Assembly: GCA_028242535.1 (NCBI GenBank)
Contig: JAOJYB010000005.1
Span: 992-64,991, forward strand
Length of the DNA stretch: 64,000 nucleotides
From: Candidatus Nitrosopelagicus sp.
GTDB lineage: Archaea; Thermoproteota; Nitrososphaeria; Nitrososphaerales; Nitrosopumilaceae
Direction of reading: 5' to 3'
A model generated the notes under the pieces. It did not search any database. It had not been told where the DNA came from and saw nothing but the letters and a program-made list of their open reading frames with translations. Of this stretch, positions 1 through 9,965 are shown piece after piece; the first letter of the stretch is position 1, and each line of letters starts with the position of its first letter. Both the position numbers and the translations under genes were made by a program.

Positions 1-1
1 A

Positions 2-163
2 GTAATACCCTGAACATGAACAAAAATTAGAATATGGATCAATCCAGTGTTCTTTTCCTTTCCCAACTATAGTCCATATTTCTCGTTTACTCGGATTAAA
101 CAAATGTAGTTTAACACGTTGTTCTTCCAGTATAGAATTAATTTTATCTTGTTTAGTAGACAT
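2..163 (-). CDS. SWIM-type zinc-finger protein, N-terminal part (runs off window start)
   Basis: Manual translation from ATG at 163: MSTKQDKIINSILEEQRVKLHLFNPSKREIWTIVGKGKEHWIDPYSNFCSCSGYY; W-x-V-G...CxC pattern of SWIM proteins. Confidence 0.7.
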   Translation of the reverse strand, partial: MSTKQDKINSILEEQRVKLHLFNPSKREIWTIVGKGKEHWIDPYSNFCSCSGYY

Positions 164-193
164 AAAGAATTAATCTAGGACAAACGTATAATC

Positions 194-946
194 TTGATGG
201 TAAGTACAAGAATAATTGATTCAGAACCAGCATTAATTCTTGATGGAGATAAAAAGAATCTTGTTATATCAGATCTTCATATTGGATTTGAGCATAAATT
301 TTCATCAAACAAAATTACCATTGGGAAAAATTCTTCAATTAACGAAATCATTTTAAATATTAAAAAAATTATTAAAAAAGAAAACCCCGATACATTAATC
401 CTTTTGGGAGATGTAAAATCAAGTATTCAAAATATAACAAAAACAGAATGGAGAGATATTCCATATTTTTTTGAAGAGATAAAAAACTCATTGGAAGTAA
501 TATTAATTCCAGGTAATCATGATGCAAATATTGAAAGATTAATTCCAAATGATGTAACGCTAATCAGTTCAAAAGGAATGATCATAAATGATGTTTTATT
601 AACACATGGTCATACAATGCCATCAGAAAATTATTCTAATGTAAATAATATAATCATGGGCCACATTCATCCAGTTTACTTTGATAAGAATTCTTTACTT
701 AATGGAGAAAGAATTTGGATTTCAATAAAGACTGAAAAGTCAGAGATTTTTTCATCTACAAAAGGAAAAATAAACATAACAATTGTTCCTTCATTTAATC
801 CGTACTTTTACGCAACTGAAAAGAGATATTATAAAAAATCAATTTCTCCAATAATTGAAAAAATTAAAGATTCAGCAATAGCAAAGATTGTAACTTTAGA
901 CGGGACAATAATTGGAAACGAGTCAGTTCTAAAGGACTTAATCTAG
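194..946 (+). CDS. Calcineurin-like metallophosphoesterase
   Basis: SDLHIG, LLGD, PGNHD, THGH and GHIHP metal-binding motifs. Confidence 0.92.
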   Translation: MMVSTRIIDSEPALILDGDKKNLVISDLHIGFEHKFSSNKITIGKNSSINEIILNIKKIIKKENPDTLILLGDVKSSIQNITKTEWRDIPYFFEEIKNSLEVILIPGNHDANIERLIPNDVTLISSKGMIINDVLLTHGHTMPSENYSNVNNIIMGHIHPVYFDKNSLLNGERIWISIKTEKSEIFSSTKGKINITIVPSFNPYFYATEKRYYKKSISPIIEKIKDSAIAKIVTLDGTIIGNESVLKDLI

Positions 947-1238
947 TTTTCATAAGACTGTAGAGGTTTTTTGGTAGTTTCATTTGTTTGAAGCCATTCC
1001 AGAGTTTTTACAAAGGATTCAGATAGCTCAGGAGTAGTTAAAACAGGAATTCCCAATTCAAGGGATTTTCTTCGTATTTGATACTCATCATATAGCATTC
1101 CAACATATTTTTCCAAAGTGGATGTACTAGGGATATTTATAATAAAATCAATTTTTCGTTCATGCAACAGATCTGCAATGTTTGGTTTCCTATCAGATTC
1201 CCAAACTTATTTGCATGTTTGGATTTTTTTGTAGTTAT
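943..1238 (-). pseudogene. carB: Carbamoyl-phosphate synthase remnant: C-terminal ~85 codons of CarB (MGS domain), preceded out of frame by a probable CarA N-terminal stub
   Basis: ESDRKPNIADLLHERKIDFIINIP...DEYQIRRKSLELGIPVLTT is the MGS-domain tail of CarB; in-frame TAA just upstream; a different frame from 1238 reads ITTKKSKHANKFGNLI. Confidence 0.75.
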
Positions 1239-1306
1239 TGTGACCCTCTACAAGTCTCTTAAAATCTAGATTTAAAAGATTCTTTGCTGATCGATTTCAA
1301 TATCGA

Positions 1307-2515
1307 TCATAGTGCACCGAATGCTTCACTCCATTTGTGATATGCACGAATATTTTCTATAGAAACACTTGGTTTTCTTTTTGCTTTGATATCTTTAAAG
1401 TCAGCCATTGTTATTTCTCGAGGATCTTGTGCAATTTCACCATTAATAGGCTCATGATAATTTAAGGATTTGAATAATTCATTTACAACTAACAATTGTG
1501 CGCCCTGACAAACATCTTTAATGTCACTTGCACTATATCCATCAAATTGTCTTGCAATGGTTATCAGATTAAACCTTGAGGATTTCTTTAAGGGTTCAGT
1601 ATATTGTTTAAAGAGTTTTTGTCGTGCCTCTTGATTTGGAAGTGATACATAGATTCGTTTTTGGAATCTTCTTAAGAAGGGCTCATCAAGGCTCCAGGGT
1701 TTGTTAGTTGCACCAATAACATACATCATGGTATCTTTGCCTTTTCCATTTACGCCATCTAATTCAGATAGAAATTGATTTTTTGCCCTAATTTCCCCAC
1801 CAACTTCACTGTTACGATCACCGAGAAGAGAATCAACCTCATCGATGAACAGTATCACAGGCTTTCCTTCACGTTCATTATATTTTCTAGCCATTTTGAA
1901 TAATTTTGATACATTTTTTTCTGCTTCACCAAGCCATTTACTCATCATGGATGCAGCATCGACATTAATGAAATATCCGTCTAGTTCATTTGCGGTTGCT
2001 GCTGCAAGCATTGTTTTTCCAGTTCCAGGAGGACCATACAATAACATTCCACGTGGCCAACCTAACGGAAAGAGATCTGGTCTTTTACTTGGATAAACAA
2101 TTGATTCACGTAATGCACCTTTTGCATCATCTAATCCGATAACTTCAGACCATTTTACATCAGGTTTTTCTTTCATTAGTAAATCTTCAAGATCACCCTC
2201 ATCTTTGTGAGGTTGAGTTCGTGCTAGTGATTTTCTTTGTTCGTCAGGAGAGGCATTAGGATCTACAACAGGTTCAATATCTGCACCACGAGTTTCTCTT
2301 AAGGCTTTGATACGTTCTTGATATTTCTTATAGCCCTGCATGTAAATTTTGTTTAGAGTACTGGTAGGATAAAGTCGAATTAATTTCATGAGAGTTTCAG
2401 ATGCATTTTGGTAGTCAGTTATAGCCATGCCGATAGCACCTTGTGAATCAGCTTTTATAGCAGCTGCCGCATATTTGCTAGCACTTTTTTCTAATTCTTG
2501 GGGGGCCATACTCAT
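1307..2515 (-). CDS. cdvC: Vps4/CdvC AAA+ ATPase with N-terminal MIT domain
   Basis: MIT-like helical N-terminus, Walker A GPPGTGKT, Walker B ILFIDEVD, SRH ATNKPW..D..FLRRF. Confidence 0.92.
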   Translation of the reverse strand: MSMAPQELEKSASKYAAAAIKADSQGAIGMAITDYQNASETLMKLIRLYPTSTLNKIYMQGYKKYQERIKALRETRGADIEPVVDPNASPDEQRKSLARTQPHKDEGDLEDLLMKEKPDVKWSEVIGLDDAKGALRESIVYPSKRPDLFPLGWPRGMLLYGPPGTGKTMLAAATANELDGYFINVDAASMMSKWLGEAEKNVSKLFKMARKYNEREGKPVILFIDEVDSLLGDRNSEVGGEIRAKNQFLSELDGVNGKGKDTMMYVIGATNKPWSLDEPFLRRFQKRIYVSLPNQEARQKLFKQYTEPLKKSSRFNLITIARQFDGYSASDIKDVCQGAQLLVVNELFKSLNYHEPINGEIAQDPREITMADFKDIKAKRKPSVSIENIRAYHKWSEAFGAL

Positions 2516-2622
2516 TTTAATTCACTAATGAATTCAGTCAGTATTTGACTAGGTATTAGCGAGAGTAAATTGCTATCGAAGTTTTAGTGAAATAAATTCA
2601 ACTGGAATTAACGTCACTGCTC

Positions 2623-2756
2623 ATGGTGCGAGCATTAGTTCTAATAAATTTGGAATTAGGCTCAGAAGAACAAATCAGTTCTAAATTGGAAGCATTTTCA
2701 GGTATTAAAGAAGTTCAAGGTATGTTCGGGCATATAATATAATTGCCAAGTGCTAA
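2623..2756 (+). pseudogene. Frameshifted, truncated Lrp/AsnC ligand-binding-domain gene
   Basis: MVRALVLINLELGSEEQISSKLEAFSGIKEVQGMFG, then after a 1-nt shift near 2730 AYNIIAKC*, matching the G-x-Y-D-I-I-A-K Lrp/AsnC motif; ends at the stop of the convergent gene. Confidence 0.7.
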
Positions 2757-4870
2757 TCATCTTTTACTGACTCAAGTTGTTTACGCAGATTCGCCAATTC
2801 ATTTTTGAGTTCAGATGCAAGATCAAGTTCAGTAGTTTGTGATAATTCTTCTTTTTCTAATTGTTCTTTGGCTGCTTTGGCTTCAGCTAGTTCTCTTTCT
2901 AGTGCTGCCTTTTCTTCTGCCTCTTCACGTTTGAGTTGTTCTTTGGCTTCAGCTAGCTCTTTTTGAATTTGCTCTTGAGCAGCTTTTGCTTGAGCTTGTG
3001 CTTTTTCTAATTTAGCTTTTTCTTCTGCCTCTTCACGTTTGAGTTGTTCTTTGGCTTCAGCTAGCTCTTTTTGAATTTGCTCTTGAGCAGCTTTTGCTTG
3101 AGCTTGTGCTTTTTCTAATTTAGCTTTTTCTTCTGCCTCTTCACGTTTGAGTTGTTCTTTGGCTTCAGCTAGCTCTTTTTGAATTTGCTCTTGAGCAGCT
3201 TTTGCTTGAGCTTGTGCTTTTTCTTCTGCCTCACGTTTAGATCTTTCTTCTGCTTCAATTCTTGCTCTTTTTTCTTCTTCTTGACGTTCAAACTGTTCTT
3301 TTGCAGCTTTTACTTCTGCAGCTACTTTCTCTTCTGCTTCACGTTTTGCTTTTTCTTCAGCCTCGATTCTTGCTCTTTCTTCTGCTTCTTGACGTTCAAG
3401 TTGTTCTTTTGCAGCTTTTGCTTCTGCAGCTACTTTCTCTAGTTTATCTTTTGCAGATTTGGCTTCTGCAGCTACTTTCTCTTCTGCTTCACGTTTTGCT
3501 TTTTCTTCAGATTCATGTTTGACTCTTTTAATTTCCTCATTTTCTTTATGTAATCTTTCTAAAGATGTATTTGCAGTATCAATTTGTTTTTGTAATCTTT
3601 CCACTATAGTTGATGTTTCTTTTTCAGCTTGTTTTTTAGCATCGGCTACAGCCTGTGCTTTAATTTCAGCAATTTCTTTTTCCTGTACTTCCTTTGATTT
3701 TCTTTCTTCTTTGACAACTTTAGATTTTGGCAATGATTTTGTTGAACGTGATTTTAAAGCCTCCTTTGCAAGTAACTCTCGTTTTTTATTTTCGTCTGAA
3801 TTAGTGGAAGTTGGTTTTGTGGATTTTACTTTAGGTTTAGACTCCAGAGGTTTTGTTTTAGGTTCAGGTTTTGGAGCAGTACGTTTTTTTCGAATAAAAT
3901 TTCTAGTATCATCTGCAATTTTTGTGGAAGTATCTTTTGTGGATATTACACGTTTGAACACATCTGAAATACGACTTTCTACAGATGGTTTTCTTTCAGA
4001 TTCAGTCTTAATTTTCCTAGGCTTAGAAACAGATTCAGGTTTAGGTTTTGGCTTAGATATTTCAGATAGTAATTTTTCATAGTCTTTTCCTGATGCTTTT
4101 TCAAGTTCTAAACGCCTAGAAATTCGAGCCTTATGCTCTGTTTGTTCTGTTTCTTTTAATTTTTCTTTTGATTTTTTACGTTTAGATTTATCTTTTTCAA
4201 AGTGTTCAAGATACTTTTTCTCGAATTCAAGAAATTCTTTTTCCTGTTCTTTTTTGAAAGAACTATTGAATGTGCCATCATCATTCCAATGTGAAACTTC
4301 ATTTTCTTTTGGTTCAGCATTCCAACCTTTTGGTAATGATTTTGTAGAACGTATATTCTGAGCTTCTTTTGCAAGGGATGCACGTCTATTATCTTCATAT
4401 TCATAATCACCAGTTTCAACATTTGATTTAGGTTCTGGTTTAGGTTCTGGTTTAGGTTCTGGTTTAGGTTCTAGTTTAGGTTCTGGTTTAGGTTCTGGTT
4501 TAGGCTCTGGTTTAGGCTCTGGTTTAGGTTCTGGTTTTATTTCAGTAAGTACGATTTCTAATTCATCAACTGTTGGAAGTTTACCAAGATTATCAGATGT
4601 TACTTTATTATCATCAGTACGAATAAACACGTCACCATCTTTGGCATATGTTCGGACCATATCACCAGCAATCCATTCATTTTCATTTTTTTTGAAAATA
4701 GTAATGAATGGAATTCCTTTTTGTATTTTAGATGAAACCTCATGCTTATCAATTAATTTAGGAGCGGTGAGACCATGTTCTAGATCTTCATGTATTTGTA
4801 CATGTGTGATATTCGATAAACCTGATCCTTTTTTGAAAGCACTAATTACAAAATCTGCCCATTTCGTCAT
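2753..4870 (-). CDS. DUF3892-like N-terminal domain with PEPK linker and long charged alpha-helical repeat tail
   Basis: N-terminal ~100 aa ending FIRTDDNKVTSDNLGKLP (DUF3892-like); low-complexity E/K/A/Q tail; no signal peptide or TM seen. Confidence 0.7.
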   Translation of the reverse strand: MTKWADFVISAFKKGSGLSNITHVQIHEDLEHGLTAPKLIDKHEVSSKIQKGIPFITIFKKNENEWIAGDMVRTYAKDGDVFIRTDDNKVTSDNLGKLPTVDELEIVLTEIKPEPKPEPKPEPKPEPKPEPKLEPKPEPKPEPKPEPKSNVETGDYEYEDNRRASLAKEAQNIRSTKSLPKGWNAEPKENEVSHWNDDGTFNSSFKKEQEKEFLEFEKKYLEHFEKDKSKRKKSKEKLKETEQTEHKARISRRLELEKASGKDYEKLLSEISKPKPKPESVSKPRKIKTESERKPSVESRISDVFKRVISTKDTSTKIADDTRNFIRKKRTAPKPEPKTKPLESKPKVKSTKPTSTNSDENKKRELLAKEALKSRSTKSLPKSKVVKEERKSKEVQEKEIAEIKAQAVADAKKQAEKETSTIVERLQKQIDTANTSLERLHKENEEIKRVKHESEEKAKREAEEKVAAEAKSAKDKLEKVAAEAKAAKEQLERQEAEERARIEAEEKAKREAEEKVAAEVKAAKEQFERQEEEKRARIEAEERSKREAEEKAQAQAKAAQEQIQKELAEAKEQLKREEAEEKAKLEKAQAQAKAAQEQIQKELAEAKEQLKREEAEEKAKLEKAQAQAKAAQEQIQKELAEAKEQLKREEAEEKAALERELAEAKAAKEQLEKEELSQTTELDLASELKNELANLRKQLESVKDD
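2910..3231. repeat. Near-identical 108-bp (36-aa) coding tandem repeat, about 3 copies
   Basis: ctcttcacgtttgag recurs at 2921, 3029 and 3137; unit KAQAQAKAAQEQIQKELAEAKEQLKREEAEEKAKLE. Confidence 0.95.
4427..4537. repeat. 12-bp coding tandem repeat, (PEPK) x9
   Basis: tttaggttctgg units with a few variants. Confidence 0.95.
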
Positions 4871-4968
4871 TTGTAGTGATATTCGTCAAGTGCAATATAC
4901 GCTTTTTCTAGAAAATTAAAGCAAATTTCATAAATTCATTAAAATATTCTTCATGTGTAAATTACACA

Positions 4969-5295
4969 ATGAGCGACATACGTTTTGTCATGATCGGTGT
5001 TGTAGTATTATCTGTTGGATTTATTGTCATGGCAGTATTTGGAAGTCAGTATCAAGATATCACGGTTCAAACAAAAGAATTTTCAGAATGTTATGATTAT
5101 ACAGATGAAAATGTTGCAGTAAAGGTTGATTGTGATGAGCAACTACAAAGTAAAAATTTGATGTTTGTCGCAGTTATTGGAATTCTGGTCGCAGGTGGAA
5201 TTTTGCTAGTGAAGGGTATTAGAGGCACGTGGGATAACGATGTCAAACCTGAAGAAATGTTAGGACCTGGTGGAGATAAAAAAGATGATTCCTAG
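4969..5295 (+). CDS. Two-TM membrane protein with a Cys pair in the loop
   Basis: Two hydrophobic segments flanking C-x13-C; acidic tail. Confidence 0.75.
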   Translation: MSDIRFVMIGVVVLSVGFIVMAVFGSQYQDITVQTKEFSECYDYTDENVAVKVDCDEQLQSKNLMFVAVIGILVAGGILLVKGIRGTWDNDVKPEEMLGPGGDKKDDS

Positions 5296-6794
5296 AGAAA
5301 ACTGTCTAGAGATTCAACAGAATTTAATTCATCGTTTTCAAGTTTTTTTGATAATTTATCCCCCATTAATTTGGCAGATTTAATTTTTCTTTGGCCTATG
5401 TGATAGTATACTTCATCAATTGTATCTTTTGCAATTAATACAACCAATCGACCTTCTGCCTTCCTTCCAGTTCTACCCTTTCTTTGAATGAAACGAATTG
5501 AGCTTGGAACATTATCATAAAAAATCACCAAATTTACTTCAGAGATATCTAATCCTTCTTCACCAACACGAGTTGCAACAAGAACTTTGGTTAATCCATC
5601 TCTGAATTTTTGAACAGTTTCAATCTGTTTTTCTTGCTTTAATCCAGTATCACCTGATTTTCCAATTAAAATTTCAGAGTTAATCCCCATCTGTTGTAGC
5701 GTTTCATTTATCACATTGACAGAATCTCGATAACTTGTAAAAATTAAGACTTTATCTTTAACTGAAGAAATAATTTCTTGTAGTTTTGGTAATTTGGAAT
5801 GTTCAATGCCATGAGATTTTGCAAAATTTGCCAATTCTACAGCTCGCATAAAATTTAGATCCTTTTCAAAAAGATCTTTAATCCCTACACCCTTTTTTGC
5901 TTTAGTTCTATCACAGAATTTTAGGAAAGATGTGACACCATGAGCTTCAAAGATGTTTAATGCATACGTGACGCGAATTGCAGTGAATAACGGTTTTGCA
6001 GAAATACGATTTTGCGTTAATACATACTGCCGAATACGAAGTAATGTCGATAAAGATTGATTCTGTCCAATTTGAATTCCATTTTTTCTCAAAGTTACAT
6101 ATCTTTCATCTAATGCAAGTTGGAGACATTTTTGAATTGCTTTCATTTCAGGTGGTAAATCAACCATAATCCATTCAGTATGTGTTTTTTGAATATACGG
6201 TTGGACATCAGGACTTTCATCAGTTCTTTGCAAGATTTTTTGTATTCCAAGAGACATGATAATTTCAGTAGCCTTTGCTTTCTCACTCGGAAGTGTTGCA
6301 GTCATTCCAAGTATGAGAGATTTTTCTTTGAAATGAGTTGCAATTCCAGTGTATGCATAATCTCCAACTGACCTATGTGCCTCATCAAATATCACAAGAC
6401 TAAACTGTTCAGTGTCAATCATGTTTCGTTCTAGATCATTACGAGTAATTTCAGGTGTGGCACATATCACACTATTCATCCACAATTTTTTACGCTTATT
6501 TATCAAATCTTCACCTGTAACAATTCCAATATCATCCAAAAGCAAATTTTCTTTAAGAAAATCAAAATGTTGATTGACAAGTACACGAGTAGGTGCTAAA
6601 AGTAAAACACCCCCTTTGTTTTGAGATAAGATATGAGCCATAACTTGTAATGCAATTGTGGTTTTACCAAGTCCAGTTGGCAAGACAATTAATGAGTTTT
6701 CATTTTTTGCATCATTTGCAAGATTCGTCTGATAATCACGTAATTCAATAGAATCTGGTTTAATCAATTTGTGTTCATAATAATCTGCACCCAT
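5292..6794 (-). CDS. Hef/FANCM-type DEAH helicase (helicase domain only)
   Basis: LPTGLGKT, DEAH, TAT and QRKGRTGR motifs; no C-terminal nuclease domain. Confidence 0.9.
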   Translation of the reverse strand: MGADYYEHKLIKPDSIELRDYQTNLANDAKNENSLIVLPTGLGKTTIALQVMAHILSQNKGGVLLLAPTRVLVNQHFDFLKENLLLDDIGIVTGEDLINKRKKLWMNSVICATPEITRNDLERNMIDTEQFSLVIFDEAHRSVGDYAYTGIATHFKEKSLILGMTATLPSEKAKATEIIMSLGIQKILQRTDESPDVQPYIQKTHTEWIMVDLPPEMKAIQKCLQLALDERYVTLRKNGIQIGQNQSLSTLLRIRQYVLTQNRISAKPLFTAIRVTYALNIFEAHGVTSFLKFCDRTKAKKGVGIKDLFEKDLNFMRAVELANFAKSHGIEHSKLPKLQEIISSVKDKVLIFTSYRDSVNVINETLQQMGINSEILIGKSGDTGLKQEKQIETVQKFRDGLTKVLVATRVGEEGLDISEVNLVIFYDNVPSSIRFIQRKGRTGRKAEGRLVVLIAKDTIDEVYYHIGQRKIKSAKLMGDKLSKKLENDELNSVESLDSFL

Positions 6795-6883
6795 AAATTG
6801 AGATCAATGTCACATATCTTATAATATTTACAATTGACCAAAAGTCACTTAGAGGTTATATGTTGGCAAATTAAATAATTTTC

Positions 6884-7402
6884 ATGTCAAATGGTTTTGA
6901 GAGACCTGGATGGGACGAATATTTTATGCTTCAAGCAAAACTTGCAGCGTTGAGATCAAACTGTATGACAAGAAGCGTAGGAGCCGTAATTGTAAGAGAC
7001 CATAGACAGCTTGCAACAGGATATAATGGAACACCCCCTGGGATCAAGAATTGTTTTGAAGGAGGATGCCAAAGATGCAAAGACCGAATGGATGGAAAAA
7101 TAAAATCAGGAGAAGGTCTTGGAAGATGTCTATGTAATCATGCAGAAGCTAATGCAATCATGCATTGTGCAATTTTAGGCATAGAGGCAGGAATTAAAGG
7201 GGCAGTTTTGTATTCTACATTTGTTCCTTGTTTAGAGTGTACAAAAATGGCAATAACTATAGGTATTAGAAAATTTGTATGCCTTGATGAATATCCAGAG
7301 ACAGATTATGATTTGGTTAAAGAGGCAGGAGTTAAAATTGAGATTTTAAATAATGAAAACATTGACAGATGGGCAGGCAAAATGATTGCCCCAAAAGAAT
7401 AG
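6884..7402 (+). CDS. dCMP deaminase family (ComEB-like)
   Basis: RPGWDEYF, TGYNG, HAEANA and PCLEC motifs. Confidence 0.92.
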   Translation: MSNGFERPGWDEYFMLQAKLAALRSNCMTRSVGAVIVRDHRQLATGYNGTPPGIKNCFEGGCQRCKDRMDGKIKSGEGLGRCLCNHAEANAIMHCAILGIEAGIKGAVLYSTFVPCLECTKMAITIGIRKFVCLDEYPETDYDLVKEAGVKIEILNNENIDRWAGKMIAPKE

Positions 7403-7404
7403 AC

Positions 7405-9963
7405 ATGGAAGCAGTTGAAGATTTTAAACAAGATGAAATAGCAAATATACCAAACTCACTATTAATTTCTGCATCATATATTGGAAAGACGAAGAAAGTA
7501 TCTCTCAAATTTTACAATCCAGAGTCACAAAAGATCTATCTTTGGGAAGACAAAACAGGTCATCAACCATATTGTTTCTCAAAAATGACACCAGAAGATT
7601 TAGAATTTTTATCAGAACGAGATGATGTTGTAGAAATCAAAACTGTGAAAAAATATGATACACTGAAAGACAGAGAAATTCAAGTATCAAAAATTATCGT
7701 AACAGATCCATTGGCAATAGGCGGAACACAAACTACACAAAGTATTAGAAACGTAGTGGAATCATGGGAATCAGATATCAAATATTATGAGAATTATCTT
7801 TATGATAATTCATTAATTATTGGAAAATACTACAAGATTGAAAATGACAAGATAATTCCACATGATTTTGAAATGTCAGATGAGACTAAATTAACGATGA
7901 AAAGTTTGCTTTGGGATAAATTAGCGAATACAGGTATGGCAGATACAAAACAATTCCAAGAAGAAGTTTCAAACTGGGCAGAACTTCTAAACCAACCTAT
8001 ACCAAAAATTAGAAGAATAAGTTTGGATATAGAAGTAGAAACAGATGGGAGACTACCAGATGCCAAAATTGCAGATAAAAAGGTCACAGCCGTAGGATTT
8101 GAAGGAAGTGATGGGATAAAGAGAGTTTTTGTTTTAAAAAGAGATGGAATTGAAGAAGGAGTTAATGATTTAGACAAAAATATTGAAGTCATATTTTATG
8201 AAAAAGATCAAGAGAGAAAATTAATCGAAGATTCATTCGAATTAGTAAAAAAATATCCAGTCCTAATTACATACAATGGAGATGGTTTTGATCTTCCATA
8301 TCTGTATAATCGTGCAAAAAGACTTGGGATTACAGATGATGTAAATCCACTTTACATGATGAAAGATTCTGCGACACTAACTAAAGGAGTACATCTAGAT
8401 TTGTACCGAACTTTTTCTAATAAAGCATTTCAGATTTACGTATTTTCACAGAAATATAGTGACTTTTCTCTTAACAGCGTCTCAAAAGGAGTTTTGGGAG
8501 AACAGAAAATGGACTATGGTGTAGAGATTGACAATATGACATATTATCAAATTGCAAAGTATTGTCAGAATGATGCACATCTAACATACAAGTTAACAAG
8601 CTTTAACGAAGATTTACTCATGAATTTACTAGTTGTAATTACGAGAATTGCAAGAATGCCAATTGACGATATTTCAAGAATGGGAGTATCACAATGGATT
8701 CGTAGTCTGCTTTATTATGAACATCGAAAAAATAATTTCCTAATTCCAAGACGAAATGAAATTGAGGAAAAATCTTCAGGAGTGGCAAATGATGCAGTTA
8801 TCAAAGATAAGAAATATCGAGGAGGATTGGTAATAGAACCAGTGGAAGGAGTTCATTTTGATGTTACAGTTATGGATTTTGCGAGTCTGTATCCAAGCAT
8901 AATCAAAGTGAACAATTTATCGTATGAAACAGTAAGATGCCCACATGAAGAATGTAAAAAAAATGCAATACCAGGTACAGCCCATTGGGCATGCACAAAG
9001 AAAAATGGTTTGACATCATTAATCATTGGTTCATTACGAGATTTACGGGTAAATTATTACAAAAGCCTGTCAAAAAAAGAAAATATCACAGATGAACAAA
9101 GACAGCTATACACTGTAGTAAGTCAAGCATTGAAAGTTATTCTTAATGCAAGTTATGGAGTGATGGGTGCAGAAATATTTCCATTATACTTCCTTCCAGC
9201 AGCAGAAGCAACTACTGCATTAGGAAGATACATCATCATGGATACAATTGAAAAATGTAAAGGTATCAAATTAGAGGTTCTTTATGGAGACACAGATTCA
9301 CTTTTTGTAAAAAAACCAACTTCACAACAAATTGAAGATGTTATAAAACTAGCAAAAAAAGAGCACGGCGTAGAATTAGAAGTAGATAAAAATTATCGAT
9401 ATGTAGTATTAAGTAATAGAAAGAAAAATTATTTTGGAGTAACAAAAGATGGAAAAGTTGATGTTAAAGGATTAACAGGTAAAAAATCACATACGCCACC
9501 ATTTATCAAGACATTGTTTTATGAATTACTTGACGTATTAGCAAAAGTTCAAGATAAAGAAGAGTTCGAAAATGCAAAAAAACAGGTTAGTGAAAAAATT
9601 GCTGAATATGCAAAACGAGTACAAGAGAAAAGTATTCCATTAAAAGAATTAACATTCAATGTGACACTTAGTAAAGCACCATCAGAATATGTAAAAACAA
9701 TTCCACAACATATACGAGCTGCGAAACAACTCGAAACAACGAGAGAAATAAAAAAAGGAGACATAATATCATATGTTAAAATACTCAACAAACCAGGCGT
9801 AAAACCAGTGGAATTAGCAAAACAATCTGAAATTGACTCTAAAAAATACATGGAATTTATGGAAAATACATTAGAGCAAATTACATCATCGATGGACTTG
9901 GATTTTGATACTATTCTTGGCAAACCCAAACAAACAGGAATTGACCAATTTTTCTGGAATTAG
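7405..9963 (+). CDS. polB: Family B DNA polymerase (PolB1)
   Basis: Exonuclease DIE and YNGDGFD; polymerase DFASLYPS, KVILNASYG, YGDTDS; start moved to ATG 7405 to avoid overlap. Confidence 0.97.
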   Translation: MEAVEDFKQDEIANIPNSLLISASYIGKTKKVSLKFYNPESQKIYLWEDKTGHQPYCFSKMTPEDLEFLSERDDVVEIKTVKKYDTLKDREIQVSKIIVTDPLAIGGTQTTQSIRNVVESWESDIKYYENYLYDNSLIIGKYYKIENDKIIPHDFEMSDETKLTMKSLLWDKLANTGMADTKQFQEEVSNWAELLNQPIPKIRRISLDIEVETDGRLPDAKIADKKVTAVGFEGSDGIKRVFVLKRDGIEEGVNDLDKNIEVIFYEKDQERKLIEDSFELVKKYPVLITYNGDGFDLPYLYNRAKRLGITDDVNPLYMMKDSATLTKGVHLDLYRTFSNKAFQIYVFSQKYSDFSLNSVSKGVLGEQKMDYGVEIDNMTYYQIAKYCQNDAHLTYKLTSFNEDLLMNLLVVITRIARMPIDDISRMGVSQWIRSLLYYEHRKNNFLIPRRNEIEEKSSGVANDAVIKDKKYRGGLVIEPVEGVHFDVTVMDFASLYPSIIKVNNLSYETVRCPHEECKKNAIPGTAHWACTKKNGLTSLIIGSLRDLRVNYYKSLSKKENITDEQRQLYTVVSQALKVILNASYGVMGAEIFPLYFLPAAEATTALGRYIIMDTIEKCKGIKLEVLYGDTDSLFVKKPTSQQIEDVIKLAKKEHGVELEVDKNYRYVVLSNRKKNYFGVTKDGKVDVKGLTGKKSHTPPFIKTLFYELLDVLAKVQDKEEFENAKKQVSEKIAEYAKRVQEKSIPLKELTFNVTLSKAPSEYVKTIPQHIRAAKQLETTREIKKGDIISYVKILNKPGVKPVELAKQSEIDSKKYMEFMENTLEQITSSMDLDFDTILGKPKQTGIDQFFWN

Positions 9964-9965
9964 AT

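Noticed and set aside
1307-2515. cdvC without adjacent cdvA/cdvB
   Set aside because: Cdv genes are dispersed in Nitrosopumilales, so this is not anomalous
2910-3231. Regular repeats as a possible CRISPR array
   Set aside because: Head-to-tail in-frame coding repeats with no unique spacers; no cas genes
3179-4919. Several long plus-strand and alternate-frame ORFs (Leu/Phe/Ser-rich)
   Set aside because: Shadows of the low-complexity repeat gene on the opposite strand
5292-6794. Hef-like helicase lacking the nuclease domain as a truncation
   Set aside because: ORF ends cleanly with a PIP-like LDSFL tail; appears to be a complete helicase-only form
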